DNA of 64,000 nucleotides from a virus, in IMG/VR virus record IMGVR_UViG_3300042888_001738, positions 65,812 to 129,811 of that record; one strand, 5' to 3'. Positions 41,174 to 50,137 of the stretch are shown in pieces. How positions within the stretch are numbered: the stretch's first letter is position 1; every line of letters begins with the position of its first letter. The notes under the pieces were generated by a model. It was given only the letters and a program-made list of their open reading frames with translations. It was not told where the DNA came from and did not search any database. Made by a program: the position numbers and the translations under genes.

Positions 41174-41412
41174 CACACAAAGAATTTTACATTTGGTTAG
41201 AAGGGTACCTTCATGGTAAACTTGAAAACAAACACATAGATATCGCACCTATTGTGGAAAAAATGGGTCAGGTAAAAGAGGAAAGAACTAAAAGTAATTT
41301 ATTACCTTTCCAACACATACCAATACCGGTTAACCCATTTCCTATTAAAGATGATCCTTATAAACCACCATACGAAGTATATTGTGGAGATAAAACACAA
41401 TTAAATGATTAA
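41170..41412 (+). CDS. hypothetical protein (80 aa)
   Basis: MT..EF..WL.GY N-terminus typical of small phage proteins. Confidence 0.75.
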   Translation: MTHKEFYIWLEGYLHGKLENKHIDIAPIVEKMGQVKEERTKSNLLPFQHIPIPVNPFPIKDDPYKPPYEVYCGDKTQLND

Positions 41413-42184
41413 GAAACTTACACATTTTTCGGATTTACATATTCGTTTATTTAAGGATCACGACTTGTATCGCGACATTATTCGCGACATGTTGTCGCGA
41501 TTCGAACAAATTAAGCCGGATAGAATAGTATTCACAGGTGATTTAGTTCATTCCAAAAATCAAATGACACCTGAACTTATTGAGATTGTTGCTTGGGTTT
41601 TAACTGAATGTTCTAAAATTGCAAAGACAATCTTGATTCCTGGTAATCACGACTTCTTGGTGAATAATACTGAACGATTGGATGCTTTATCACCAATTAT
41701 CAATTCACTAAATAGTGAAAATATTGTCTATTATAAGGATAGAGGTATCTATGAGGATGAAAATATTAGTTGGTGTGTTTATTCACAATATCAAGGAAAT
41801 ATCCCACCTGATATTGTTGACGCAAAAGGAACCAAGATTGGATTGTTTCACGGACCAATTCAAGGAATGAAGACCGATCTTGGTTTTGACTTTGGTGAGG
41901 AGGCTTATGATGTTGAAAAGTTTAATGGACTTGAAACTGTTTTGTGTGGAGATATTCACAAAAGACAAGAGTTTAATTTTAAGACAGGTAAAGGATATAT
42001 GATTGGAAGCCCAATTCAACAGAATATTGGTGAAAGTATCGGACGACACGGTTATGGAATTTACGATGTTGAAACAAAAGAATATTCTTATGTTGATTTA
42101 CCAAACCCAAAACCTTTTATGAAGTTCTCCATAAAATCATTTGAGGATATTGAGAATGGAACCGAAAAACTCCAAAATCTTTAA
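41405..42184 (+). CDS. sbcD: SbcD/Mre11/gp47-like metallophosphoesterase nuclease (catalytic domain only)
   Basis: SDLH, TGDLVH, PGNHD, LFHG, GDIHK and GSPIQQ motifs. Confidence 0.85.
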   Translation: MIKKLTHFSDLHIRLFKDHDLYRDIIRDMLSRFEQIKPDRIVFTGDLVHSKNQMTPELIEIVAWVLTECSKIAKTILIPGNHDFLVNNTERLDALSPIINSLNSENIVYYKDRGIYEDENISWCVYSQYQGNIPPDIVDAKGTKIGLFHGPIQGMKTDLGFDFGEEAYDVEKFNGLETVLCGDIHKRQEFNFKTGKGYMIGSPIQQNIGESIGRHGYGIYDVETKEYSYVDLPNPKPFMKFSIKSFEDIENGTEKLQNL

Positions 42185-42911
42185 TAAGGAAATGATGCAG
42201 GCAGTGTCTGCATTTTGTGAATCCCAAGGAATTAAGGATATTGACCAATTTATGTATCTATGTTTTAAACAAGGATTTGACATTAAAAAGTACGGATTGT
42301 TGGGAAAAACACTTAATGAAGGTGAAAAAGACTTAAAAACGGGTGGGATTGAAGAAAAACAGGTGGAAATTGAGGTAATTCGAGAAATACGGGTGGAAGT
42401 ACCGGTTGAGGTTATCAAAGAGGTTGAAAAAGTTGTTATCCAAGAAGTCATTAAGGAAATACCTGTTGACCGAGTTGTTGAAAAGGAAGTCTATATTACG
42501 GACAATACTCAAGTAAATGAACTGTTGTTAAAAATACAACAGTTGGAAAATGAAATGTCTAAGAACAATGAAGAGCTAGATGAACTTAGACAAGAAATTT
42601 CCACTAAAACTACCGAAATCGGTACAATTAGAGAAGAATTTTCCACTAAAGACACTGAAAACGAAAGTTTTTTCCAAAATGAAATGTCTAAAAAGAATGA
42701 AGAACTAGATGAACTTAGACAAACTTTAGACGAACTTAAGAACAACGACAAGTCAAAACTACTTCAGGACACACTCCAAAATATAAGAGGAGAACTCCAA
42801 CAAAAAAACGAACAAATAAAAGAATTAGAAAAAATAAACCGAGAACTTCTTAATGGTAATACAAACCAAGCTTACCTTATGAAGGGATCAAATTTAAATA
42901 GAAGAATATGA
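42156..42911 (+). CDS. coiled-coil protein with VEVP-type repeats
   Basis: VEVPVEVIKEVEKVV...IPVDRVVE; duplicated NEMSK.NEELDELRQ; ATG at 42156 preferred over TTG at 42141. Confidence 0.75.
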   Translation: MEPKNSKIFNKEMMQAVSAFCESQGIKDIDQFMYLCFKQGFDIKKYGLLGKTLNEGEKDLKTGGIEEKQVEIEVIREIRVEVPVEVIKEVEKVVIQEVIKEIPVDRVVEKEVYITDNTQVNELLLKIQQLENEMSKNNEELDELRQEISTKTTEIGTIREEFSTKDTENESFFQNEMSKKNEELDELRQTLDELKNNDKSKLLQDTLQNIRGELQQKNEQIKELEKINRELLNGNTNQAYLMKGSNLNRRI

Positions 42912-43261
42912 CAACACAAATTTTAGTATGGTTCATTATGAGTTATGGATTAATGAATATCATGGTCTACGGATCGATATTTCAGGGGTTAAGAGATTTT
43001 TTGGGAAGATGGAGAGATGGTCAAAACCTACCCTTCAAACCTATCGGTAATTTTTTATCAGGATTGATTAACTGCCCATTATGTTTCTCAACGTGGGGTG
43101 GATTTGTATTATCCGTATTGATATACTCACCAACAAATACTATATTTAATACACCTTTAATATGCTCTTGGTTCTTTGACGGAATAATGTCAGCAGGAGC
43201 AGTATGGGCAATCAATAGTGTAATCGAATGGTTTGAAGAAAATAGACCAAATAATAACTAA
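42908..43261 (+). CDS. membrane protein with a CPxC motif (DUF1360-like)
   Basis: Three hydrophobic segments; LINCPLCFSTW. Confidence 0.65.
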   Translation: MTTQILVWFIMSYGLMNIMVYGSIFQGLRDFLGRWRDGQNLPFKPIGNFLSGLINCPLCFSTWGGFVLSVLIYSPTNTIFNTPLICSWFFDGIMSAGAVWAINSVIEWFEENRPNNN

Positions 43262-43275
43262 TAACGTAAAGTAAA

Positions 43276-43590
43276 ATGGGTAAAAAAGCAAAAGAACACA
43301 GAGCAAAAGTTGCAAAACGAAATGCGAAATTAGCACAACAAAAATCAGGAATGCAGAAGGCATTTGATATGTTAATACAACAACAACTTGAAAAATTAAA
43401 AGAAGAGGAAATTAAGGCTCAAGTTGGTGATCAAGAATTGGATATGTCAATCATTGAAGAAAAAATTGTTGATCATGCGTTTAAATTTACACCAAACCCT
43501 GAAGAATCTGCGAAGATCAACAAAGAATTTGAAGAAGTAGAGGTTAATGAACAACAAGTTGAGGACCAAGTTTCTGAGTTAGAAAAATAA
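43276..43590 (+). CDS. hypothetical protein (basic N-terminus, acidic C-terminus)
   Basis: Clean ORF in the operon. Confidence 0.75.
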   Translation: MGKKAKEHRAKVAKRNAKLAQQKSGMQKAFDMLIQQQLEKLKEEEIKAQVGDQELDMSIIEEKIVDHAFKFTPNPEESAKINKEFEEVEVNEQQVEDQVSELEK

Positions 43591-43592
43591 AA

Positions 43593-45965
43593 ATGGATTT
43601 ATTCAATCCACCAAAAACATTTAATTACAACATTATGATAGAGGATTTGGACTTTTCTTTATATGAAAACCCAATTATACAAGTTGTATGGGAAGATTTA
43701 CCGGAAAACTTTACACAAGATAAGATTAAAAGTGTAAAACATTACTTCTCCAAGAAGTATAATACGACCAACGTAAACGTTCTCACAAAGGCTAAAAACG
43801 TCGAGACTGATACAATGCAGAGTATTGATGTTTCGGTAAATATTGCTGACGAGAACTACCAATTAGACTTGTTAAAAAGTTTCCTTGAATCAAAAGGATA
43901 TAAAGATAAAGTCGATGATGTCTTATCAATCAATAAAATGGTTGATAATAAAATGTCTGGTGATGAAGAAAATCAAGCTCAGTTTAAGAAATGGTATATC
44001 CGTAATATCGAGTTCTCAAACTTCTTATCTTATGGTGAAAATCAAAAGTTAGATTTTGATAAATTAAATGGTATTGTAGTAGTTGAATCAGATCCACCTA
44101 ACTTCGGAGGTAAAACCGTACTTACGGTGGATCTTTTAATGTTCTTGTTCTTTAACGAAACAACTAAGACATCTAAGGCTGAGGAAATATTTAATAGATT
44201 CTCAAACAAAGATGTTGTTTCTGTTAAGGGTGAAATTACAATCGACGGAGAGGACTATATCATTGTTAGAAAGATCGAAAGAAAGTTATCCAAGAAAAGT
44301 GAATGGAATGTTAAGACCGAATTAGACTTCTTTAAAAAATTATCAGATGGTAGTTTGTTGAACTTTACTGGAGAACAAAGAAGAGAAACTGAAGCATTTA
44401 TTAAAACCTCAATCGGAACAAAAGAAGACTTCTTAATGACGATCCTTACAACAGGATCAAACCTTGAAGAGTTATTAGAGTCAAAACCAACAGCCAGAGG
44501 TCAAGTACTATCTCGTTTTATGGGTCTTGAGTTTTTGAAGAAAAAAGAAGAGGTTGCAAAAGAGATCTACGGTGAGTTCTCAAAACAAAAGTTGTCTAAT
44601 GTGTATTCATCTGAACAACTAAAAGATGATATTACAACACACGAGACATCTATCCAATCACTCAACACTCAAATCGAGGAAAGTAAAAAAGACTTGACGA
44701 ATGTTGAAGAAGCCATCATTAAAGGTAAATCCTATCGTGATGATATGTTGAAGAAAAAACATTCGAACATCGATCAAGAAATTAGTAGATTAAACCCAAC
44801 CCAAGTTCAGGAGGAGATCAATACGATTGATTTCGAAAAGAAAGGATATATCTCTAAAATCAACGAACTTAAAGTTGTTGAACCATCTGAGTTTTACCAT
44901 GAGGATAAACACGATGAGGTTAAAGAACAATATAATGAGGTCTATAAGGAGATTGTTCAGATTGATACTGAGATTGCTTCGATTAATAAATTGAAGTCTG
45001 AAGTTGAGGGTGGAATTAAATGTGGTCACTGTGGAATTGAGTTGATGAACGCATCAATCACAAACGCCAAAATTGCCGAACTTGATGGATATATCCGTCA
45101 TAAAGAGGAGAAAACCAAGTTAATGCAGGACTTATCCGTCAAAGAACAAAGTTTTGTTCAGTTGAAAAAAGAATTTGATGAGTATGAGAAAAACAAACTT
45201 GTTAGAGAGAAATATGAGGTGTCGGTTGAAAGTTGTGATTTGAAGATAAGTGCTTTGAATGACAAACTTAAAAGATGGGGAGAGATTCAGGATAAGATCC
45301 AAGAGAACCAAAAGATTGATGGTCAGTTGATTAAAGCGGATTTAAGACTTGAGGAACTTGAAAGAGAGAAAACCAGAGTAAACTCAGTAATTACAAATAA
45401 TGAGTTCTCAATTAAAGGGTTAGAGGAGAAAATCGAAAACAATAAGAAAACTATTGTTAAGATCAAAGAAGAGGAAGAAAAGGAAAAAATCTATAAGATA
45501 TACCTCGAAGCTTACGGTAAAAATGGAGTTTCTAAAATCATAATGAAAACTATGATGCCCCTCATTAATTCTGAATTACAAAGGTTAATGGAAGACTCAT
45601 GTTACTTCAAACTTGAAATTAGAATATCTGAAAAAAATGAAGTTGAATTCATTCAAATTGATAATGGTACGGGAATTGAAAAGTTAATGACAAGTGGGTC
45701 TGGTTTTGAGAAGACGATATCATCTTTAGCTTTGAGATCTGTAATGACTAAGATTTGTACTCTCCCAACTCCAAATTTGGTAATTATGGATGAGGTATTC
45801 GGAAAAGTATCTCCTGACAACTACGACATGTTGTATGAGTTCTTTGTTAAAGTGAAAAATTACTTTGAGAAAGTGTTCATTATATCTCACTCTAATCTAA
45901 TTAACCAATGGGGTGAGCATGTTGTAAAAATCAGTAAAGAAAACAATATTTCAAAAGTTTTATAA
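43593..45965 (+). CDS. sbcC: SbcC/Rad50/gp46-like ATPase with a ~130-aa N-terminal extension
   Basis: IEFSNFLSYG, Walker A NFGGKT, coiled coil with CGHC zinc hook, GSGFEK signature, IMDEVFG Walker B, ISH. Confidence 0.88.
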   Translation: MDLFNPPKTFNYNIMIEDLDFSLYENPIIQVVWEDLPENFTQDKIKSVKHYFSKKYNTTNVNVLTKAKNVETDTMQSIDVSVNIADENYQLDLLKSFLESKGYKDKVDDVLSINKMVDNKMSGDEENQAQFKKWYIRNIEFSNFLSYGENQKLDFDKLNGIVVVESDPPNFGGKTVLTVDLLMFLFFNETTKTSKAEEIFNRFSNKDVVSVKGEITIDGEDYIIVRKIERKLSKKSEWNVKTELDFFKKLSDGSLLNFTGEQRRETEAFIKTSIGTKEDFLMTILTTGSNLEELLESKPTARGQVLSRFMGLEFLKKKEEVAKEIYGEFSKQKLSNVYSSEQLKDDITTHETSIQSLNTQIEESKKDLTNVEEAIIKGKSYRDDMLKKKHSNIDQEISRLNPTQVQEEINTIDFEKKGYISKINELKVVEPSEFYHEDKHDEVKEQYNEVYKEIVQIDTEIASINKLKSEVEGGIKCGHCGIELMNASITNAKIAELDGYIRHKEEKTKLMQDLSVKEQSFVQLKKEFDEYEKNKLVREKYEVSVESCDLKISALNDKLKRWGEIQDKIQENQKIDGQLIKADLRLEELEREKTRVNSVITNNEFSIKGLEEKIENNKKTIVKIKEEEEKEKIYKIYLEAYGKNGVSKIIMKTMMPLINSELQRLMEDSCYFKLEIRISEKNEVEFIQIDNGTGIEKLMTSGSGFEKTISSLALRSVMTKICTLPTPNLVIMDEVFGKVSPDNYDMLYEFFVKVKNYFEKVFIISHSNLINQWGEHVVKISKENNISKVL

Positions 45966-45994
45966 AAAAATAGAACGAATCCCAATTTTATACG

Positions 45995-46002
45995 TATATT
46001 TG
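45995..46002 (+). promoter_or_regulatory. Bacteroidota-type -7 promoter element TATATTTG
   Basis: Matches TAnnTTTG; intergenic, upstream of the operon containing the sigma factor. Confidence 0.65.
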
Positions 46003-46024
46003 TAGAACATTCTAAACGCAACAT

Positions 46025-46552
46025 ATGAATTACTTACTTTTTGTTTATTACGATGATACCGTAAAAGAATCAGAAGAAAAAACAAATCAAATCGCAGGGC
46101 AAATCGCCGATGTCATGACCTCTAAAGAGATCAAGTTCATGTTTGGAGATAAACACGCAATCTATCACTTCGCATCAGATCTATCTTTGAGTGAGATGGG
46201 AGAACTATTAAATATCATCTCATTTGAGGTGACAGGATTTGAGTTTTTCCTAACACAAAAAACAAAACACAATTTCTCAAATTTCCCTGAGGAAAATGTA
46301 GAACATTTACTATCTTTGAGAAAGACCACACCAAAGAAAAAAACCGCACCAGTAAAACCAGGTCTAAGAACTAATGACATTCGTGGTGGTGAGAGCTTTT
46401 TTGATATTGCAGATCTTATTTTAAACATAAAAAGACCTGAGGTGTGTAATCTTACACTTGATGAATTACTTGATAAAATGGTAGATCAAGGAGTTGACTC
46501 ACTCACAGAATTAGAAAAGAAGAAGTTAGAGGAATATTCAAAATCAATTTAA
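46025..46552 (+). CDS. hypothetical protein with a C-terminal LDKM...G.DSLT..EK..L (DUF6576-like) motif
   Basis: C-terminal LDELLDKMVDQGVDSLTELEKKKL resembles the small domain seen on Bacteroidota rhomboid proteases. Confidence 0.65.
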   Translation: MNYLLFVYYDDTVKESEEKTNQIAGQIADVMTSKEIKFMFGDKHAIYHFASDLSLSEMGELLNIISFEVTGFEFFLTQKTKHNFSNFPEENVEHLLSLRKTTPKKKTAPVKPGLRTNDIRGGESFFDIADLILNIKRPEVCNLTLDELLDKMVDQGVDSLTELEKKKLEEYSKSI

Positions 46553-46561
46553 TAGACATAT

Positions 46562-47362
46562 ATGAAAGACAAAAGTACAGGAGCACCTATCAATCAGGAT
46601 GAGATTTACCACTACCTTAAAGACATTAGAAAGATTAAGGTAATGACCGCAGAACGTGAGCGTTATTTGGCGACACGTATGAAGTCTAACGATCTCACCT
46701 TGACCGAGAAGCAACAGATTGAAGAGGAGTTATTGACGGGTAACCTTCGTTTTGTTATCACCGTTGCAAAACAATATCAAAATCAAGGTTTGGATCTTTC
46801 GGACCTTATTGCTGAAGGTAATCTTGGTTTGATGAAAGCAATCAAAAACTTTGATTGGCACAAAGACCTACGTTTTATATCATATGCGGTATGGTGGGTA
46901 AAACAATCGATTATTCAGTCACTTAACGACAATTCAAGAACAATCCGTCTCCCAGTCAACGTTGTCCAAGATTTACACAAAGCCAAGAAGGAGGTTGAAC
47001 AAACAGGTAAGAAGTTGGACGACAAATTCACAACATTACCTTCAATCATAGATCTTGATATGAACATCAACGAAGAAGGTGATACTTTGGTGGATATGAT
47101 TGAGAATAAGGACGCTTTGGCACCTGACGCAGCTTTCCATACCAAAGACATACTTAAAGACAAACTAATGGGTCTATTGAATGTCTTAGATGAAAGAGAG
47201 AAGATCATAATCGGTGATTACTTTGGTTTGACAGGTACACCAAGAACTTTAGAGGACATTGGTTCTGATTTTGGTTTGACTAAAGAACGTGTCCGTCAAA
47301 TTAAAGAAAAGGCACTTCGTAGATTACGAAATGATTCTTCAGAATTATTTGATTATCTATAA
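46562..47362 (+). CDS. rpoD: sigma70-family RNA polymerase sigma factor, Bacteroidota RpoD-like (no region 1.1)
   Basis: YLKDI, NLRFVITVAKQYQNQG, DLIAEGNLGL, RFISYAVWW and TLEDIG..FGLTKERVRQIKEKALRRL motifs. Confidence 0.92.
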   Translation: MKDKSTGAPINQDEIYHYLKDIRKIKVMTAERERYLATRMKSNDLTLTEKQQIEEELLTGNLRFVITVAKQYQNQGLDLSDLIAEGNLGLMKAIKNFDWHKDLRFISYAVWWVKQSIIQSLNDNSRTIRLPVNVVQDLHKAKKEVEQTGKKLDDKFTTLPSIIDLDMNINEEGDTLVDMIENKDALAPDAAFHTKDILKDKLMGLLNVLDEREKIIIGDYFGLTGTPRTLEDIGSDFGLTKERVRQIKEKALRRLRNDSSELFDYL

Positions 47363-47366
47363 AATT

Positions 47367-47392
47367 AACCCCACCTACAAGTGGGGTTTTTT
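47367..47392 (+). terminator. intrinsic terminator
   Basis: AACCCCAC/GTGGGGTT hairpin followed by a T-run. Confidence 0.85.
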
Positions 47393-47458
47393 ATTTTATC
47401 CCATTTCTATTTCCTTATCTTATTGTTTTTTGGATATTTATGAAATAAAACAATTTAA

Positions 47459-48604
47459 ATGAATAAGAAATTTTTGCCTTGGTTTTTACTTTTTTGTGCT
47501 ATCGGTCTATCGGGAACTGCAGCATATTATAGTGTAATTGGACTCTCAATCATATTTTCGGCGGTTGCCATTCCTGTTATCATAATGGGATCATTCTTGG
47601 AAATCTCCAAGATTGCAATTGCAACATACTTACATGATAAGTGGAAAGAAACTTATGGACTTCTAAAGATCTATTTAACCACCGCTTTAGTTACCCTATC
47701 CATACTCACTTCAATCGGTATATACGGGTTATTATCCACAGGATTCCAACAAAATATTGCAGGTCTCGAGATTAATAACAAAAAGATTGAAAACATCGAA
47801 GTTAAAAAAGAGAGATTTAATGTTATTAAATTAGACTACCAAAAAGATAAGGAATCTTTAGATAAAGACATTACAAATTTACGAAATGCTTTATCGAACA
47901 ACACCACAACTCAAAGTGTTGATAGAACTACAGGACAAGTAATTACACGAGCAAATGGTGGTAATAGAAAGGCATTTGAAACACAATTAAAGATTGCTCA
48001 AGAGAGTAGAGATGTGGTATCGAAGAAAATTGAGTCTTTAAATGATAGTATCACAAGTTTAGATCTTGAAGTATTGGACCTAACCTCAGCCGAAATTGAG
48101 TCAGGTGAGTTGGGGGCAATCAAATACTTGAGTGAGATTACAGGTTGGGACATTAAAAAAACAGCTAACTTTTTTATACTTATGTTAGTTTTTGTTTTTG
48201 ATCCTTTGGCAATTGCTTTGGTAATATCAACAAACCAAGCATTTAAGAAATTTAGACAAAAAGATGGTGAGGATGTTCAGGTTAAAACTGAAATTGTTGA
48301 AGTTGAGGTTATTAAAGAAGTACCGGTGGATCGAATTGTTGAGGTTGAAGTACCTGTAGATAGAATTGTTGAAGTTGAAGTACCTGTAGACAGAATTGTT
48401 GAAGTTGAAGTACCTGTAGATCGAATTGTTGAGATCGTTAGAGAAGTACCAGTTGAAGTAGAAGTACCTGTAGAGGTACCATTCAAGTACTATGTTAATG
48501 ATAACGGTCAAGTGTTTGATGAAGAAGGAAATGAAGTTGACATAAGACTATTCAACAAAAAACTAGAAGAGGTTGAAAGACGAGTATTATCTTATAAAAA
48601 ATAA
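47459..48604 (+). CDS. multi-pass membrane protein with a coiled coil and C-terminal (VPVDRIVEVE)n repeats
   Basis: About three N-terminal hydrophobic helices, a coiled coil, a fourth TM (FVFDPLAIAL), then repeats; TATTTAT at 47435-47441. Confidence 0.8.
   Translation: MNKKFLPWFLLFCAIGLSGTAAYYSVIGLSIIFSAVAIPVIIMGSFLEISKIAIATYLHDKWKETYGLLKIYLTTALVTLSILTSIGIYGLLSTGFQQNIAGLEINNKKIENIEVKKERFNVIKLDYQKDKESLDKDITNLRNALSNNTTTQSVDRTTGQVITRANGGNRKAFETQLKIAQESRDVVSKKIESLNDSITSLDLEVLDLTSAEIESGELGAIKYLSEITGWDIKKTANFFILMLVFVFDPLAIALVISTNQAFKKFRQKDGEDVQVKTEIVEVEVIKEVPVDRIVEVEVPVDRIVEVEVPVDRIVEVEVPVDRIVEIVREVPVEVEVPVEVPFKYYVNDNGQVFDEEGNEVDIRLFNKKLEEVERRVLSYKK
48317..48436 (+). repeat. 30-nt tandem repeat x4 encoding EVPVDRIVEV
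   Basis: Units start at 48317, 48347, 48377 and 48407. Confidence 0.9.
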
Positions 48605-48606
48605 GT

Positions 48607-49200
48607 ATGGAGATTATTGATAATGTTGTTGAGACCAAATTTGAAAATGGGATCAAAAAAATACAAATTGTATTAACACACACCTCAAGAACTTTATTTG
48701 ATTATATGGTTTCGATCAAATATAGATTTGGTGGTAAACCGGTAAGATTACCTCATTATGTTATTGGTAGGGATGGTAAGGTGATTAACTTATTGAACGA
48801 CGATACTAACTGTAGATTTACCAATAACGATAGGATTAATGAAAAGGCAATCATTATTTCTTTGGAAAATTTGGGTTGGTTAGAAAAAGAACCGCTAAAA
48901 CAACATCACATAAACTGGATTGGTAATATTTATAAAGAGAAAGTTGTAGATCGTAAGTGGAGAGACTACTTTTTTTGGCATCCATATACAGATATTCAGT
49001 TGGAAAAAACTGCAGAACTCTGTAAAGAATTGTCAGAAAAACATGGTATTAAACTTAAATGTGTGGGACACAATACCAAGGTAAAAGGTGTTGAATCTTT
49101 TTTGGGTATATTAACAAGATCAAACTTTGATGAATTTGCCACAGACTTAAGTCCGGCATTTGATTTTGAGAAATTTAATAAGTTATTAGAAGATGAATAA
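48607..49200 (+). CDS. N-acetylmuramoyl-L-alanine amidase (Amidase_2-like), candidate endolysin
   Basis: IVLTHT, HYVIGRDG, ISLEN, YTDIQL, VGHN and D.SP motifs. Confidence 0.72.
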   Translation: MEIIDNVVETKFENGIKKIQIVLTHTSRTLFDYMVSIKYRFGGKPVRLPHYVIGRDGKVINLLNDDTNCRFTNNDRINEKAIIISLENLGWLEKEPLKQHHINWIGNIYKEKVVDRKWRDYFFWHPYTDIQLEKTAELCKELSEKHGIKLKCVGHNTKVKGVESFLGILTRSNFDEFATDLSPAFDFEKFNKLLEDE

Positions 49201-49786
49201 TTACGATGAAATAAAAATGTTGGTTGAAGCGTCAAGAAGAGCTTTAAAGGGTAAAGTGAATGAAAGTAATAGTACCGACATTCGCAAACAATATGGTTTA
49301 ATCATAGAACAAATATCTGATGAAACTGATAATGTTGAAATTGATGACATCAATATTGAAGAAAAACCAAAAAAAGACTCTGATGAAGTTGGAGTTAAAA
49401 AAGAAAAACAAAAAGCTTATAGGGTATTGAATAATATCATTATCCTCCATGGTAAAACTAAGGCCGATTTACAATTAACCACAGACGAGAAAAACGCTCT
49501 AACATCAAGTGTTGATGAATTTAGAAATGATGTTGCAGAACTTGTTGATTTTGGTGATTTGAATGTTTACCACGATAACGTTGAGTGGAAAGGTAAAATT
49601 TTAGAAAATGATTTAGAATTTTTCTTTTCAATAAACGAACCAAATGGTTTATATATTAAGGGAGACATGATCAAAATTGATCAAGACTATATGGAAACTA
49701 TTACAAAATTGCAAGGGTACTATGAGAAATTTAAAACTAAATGGAGTAAGATAGTTGCTTCAAGACAAGAAGACGTAGAAAAATGA
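49193..49786 (+). CDS. hypothetical protein (197 aa), acidic, with VNE/IIE sites near the N-terminus
   Basis: Overlapping ORF in a late operon. Confidence 0.75.
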   Translation: MNNYDEIKMLVEASRRALKGKVNESNSTDIRKQYGLIIEQISDETDNVEIDDINIEEKPKKDSDEVGVKKEKQKAYRVLNNIIILHGKTKADLQLTTDEKNALTSSVDEFRNDVAELVDFGDLNVYHDNVEWKGKILENDLEFFFSINEPNGLYIKGDMIKIDQDYMETITKLQGYYEKFKTKWSKIVASRQEDVEK

Positions 49787-50136
49787 GAGAATTTTTAATA
49801 AAAAATTGGAAGAACATCACTCTTGGTATACTAGGGGTGATTTTCGTTTATTTATTGGTTAGGGTTTTTACACCAGCTCCTGATATGTCAGAACTTAATA
49901 AGTATAAGTTGGAACAAATAGATAAGCACATTGAGGAAATGAAAAACATGCAGAAAAGTTTGAGTGACTCCATACAATCTTACCAAAGTAAAATAACTGA
50001 GATTGATGAAAAGATCTCAAAAATCAAAGTGGAGAAGAAAGAGGTGAACAATTATTACACTCAGAAAAAAGAAGAAATAAAAAATGCGGACAAAAAACAA
50101 ATAGATAGTCTGTTGAGAAGTAGATACAATTTTTAA
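49783..50136 (+). CDS. N-terminal TM + coiled-coil protein (spanin-like candidate)
   Basis: Single TM (ITLGILGVIFVYLLV) followed by a heptad-rich domain; near the amidase. Confidence 0.6.
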   Translation: MREFLIKNWKNITLGILGVIFVYLLVRVFTPAPDMSELNKYKLEQIDKHIEEMKNMQKSLSDSIQSYQSKITEIDEKISKIKVEKKEVNNYYTQKKEEIKNADKKQIDSLLRSRYNF

Positions 50137-50137
50137 T

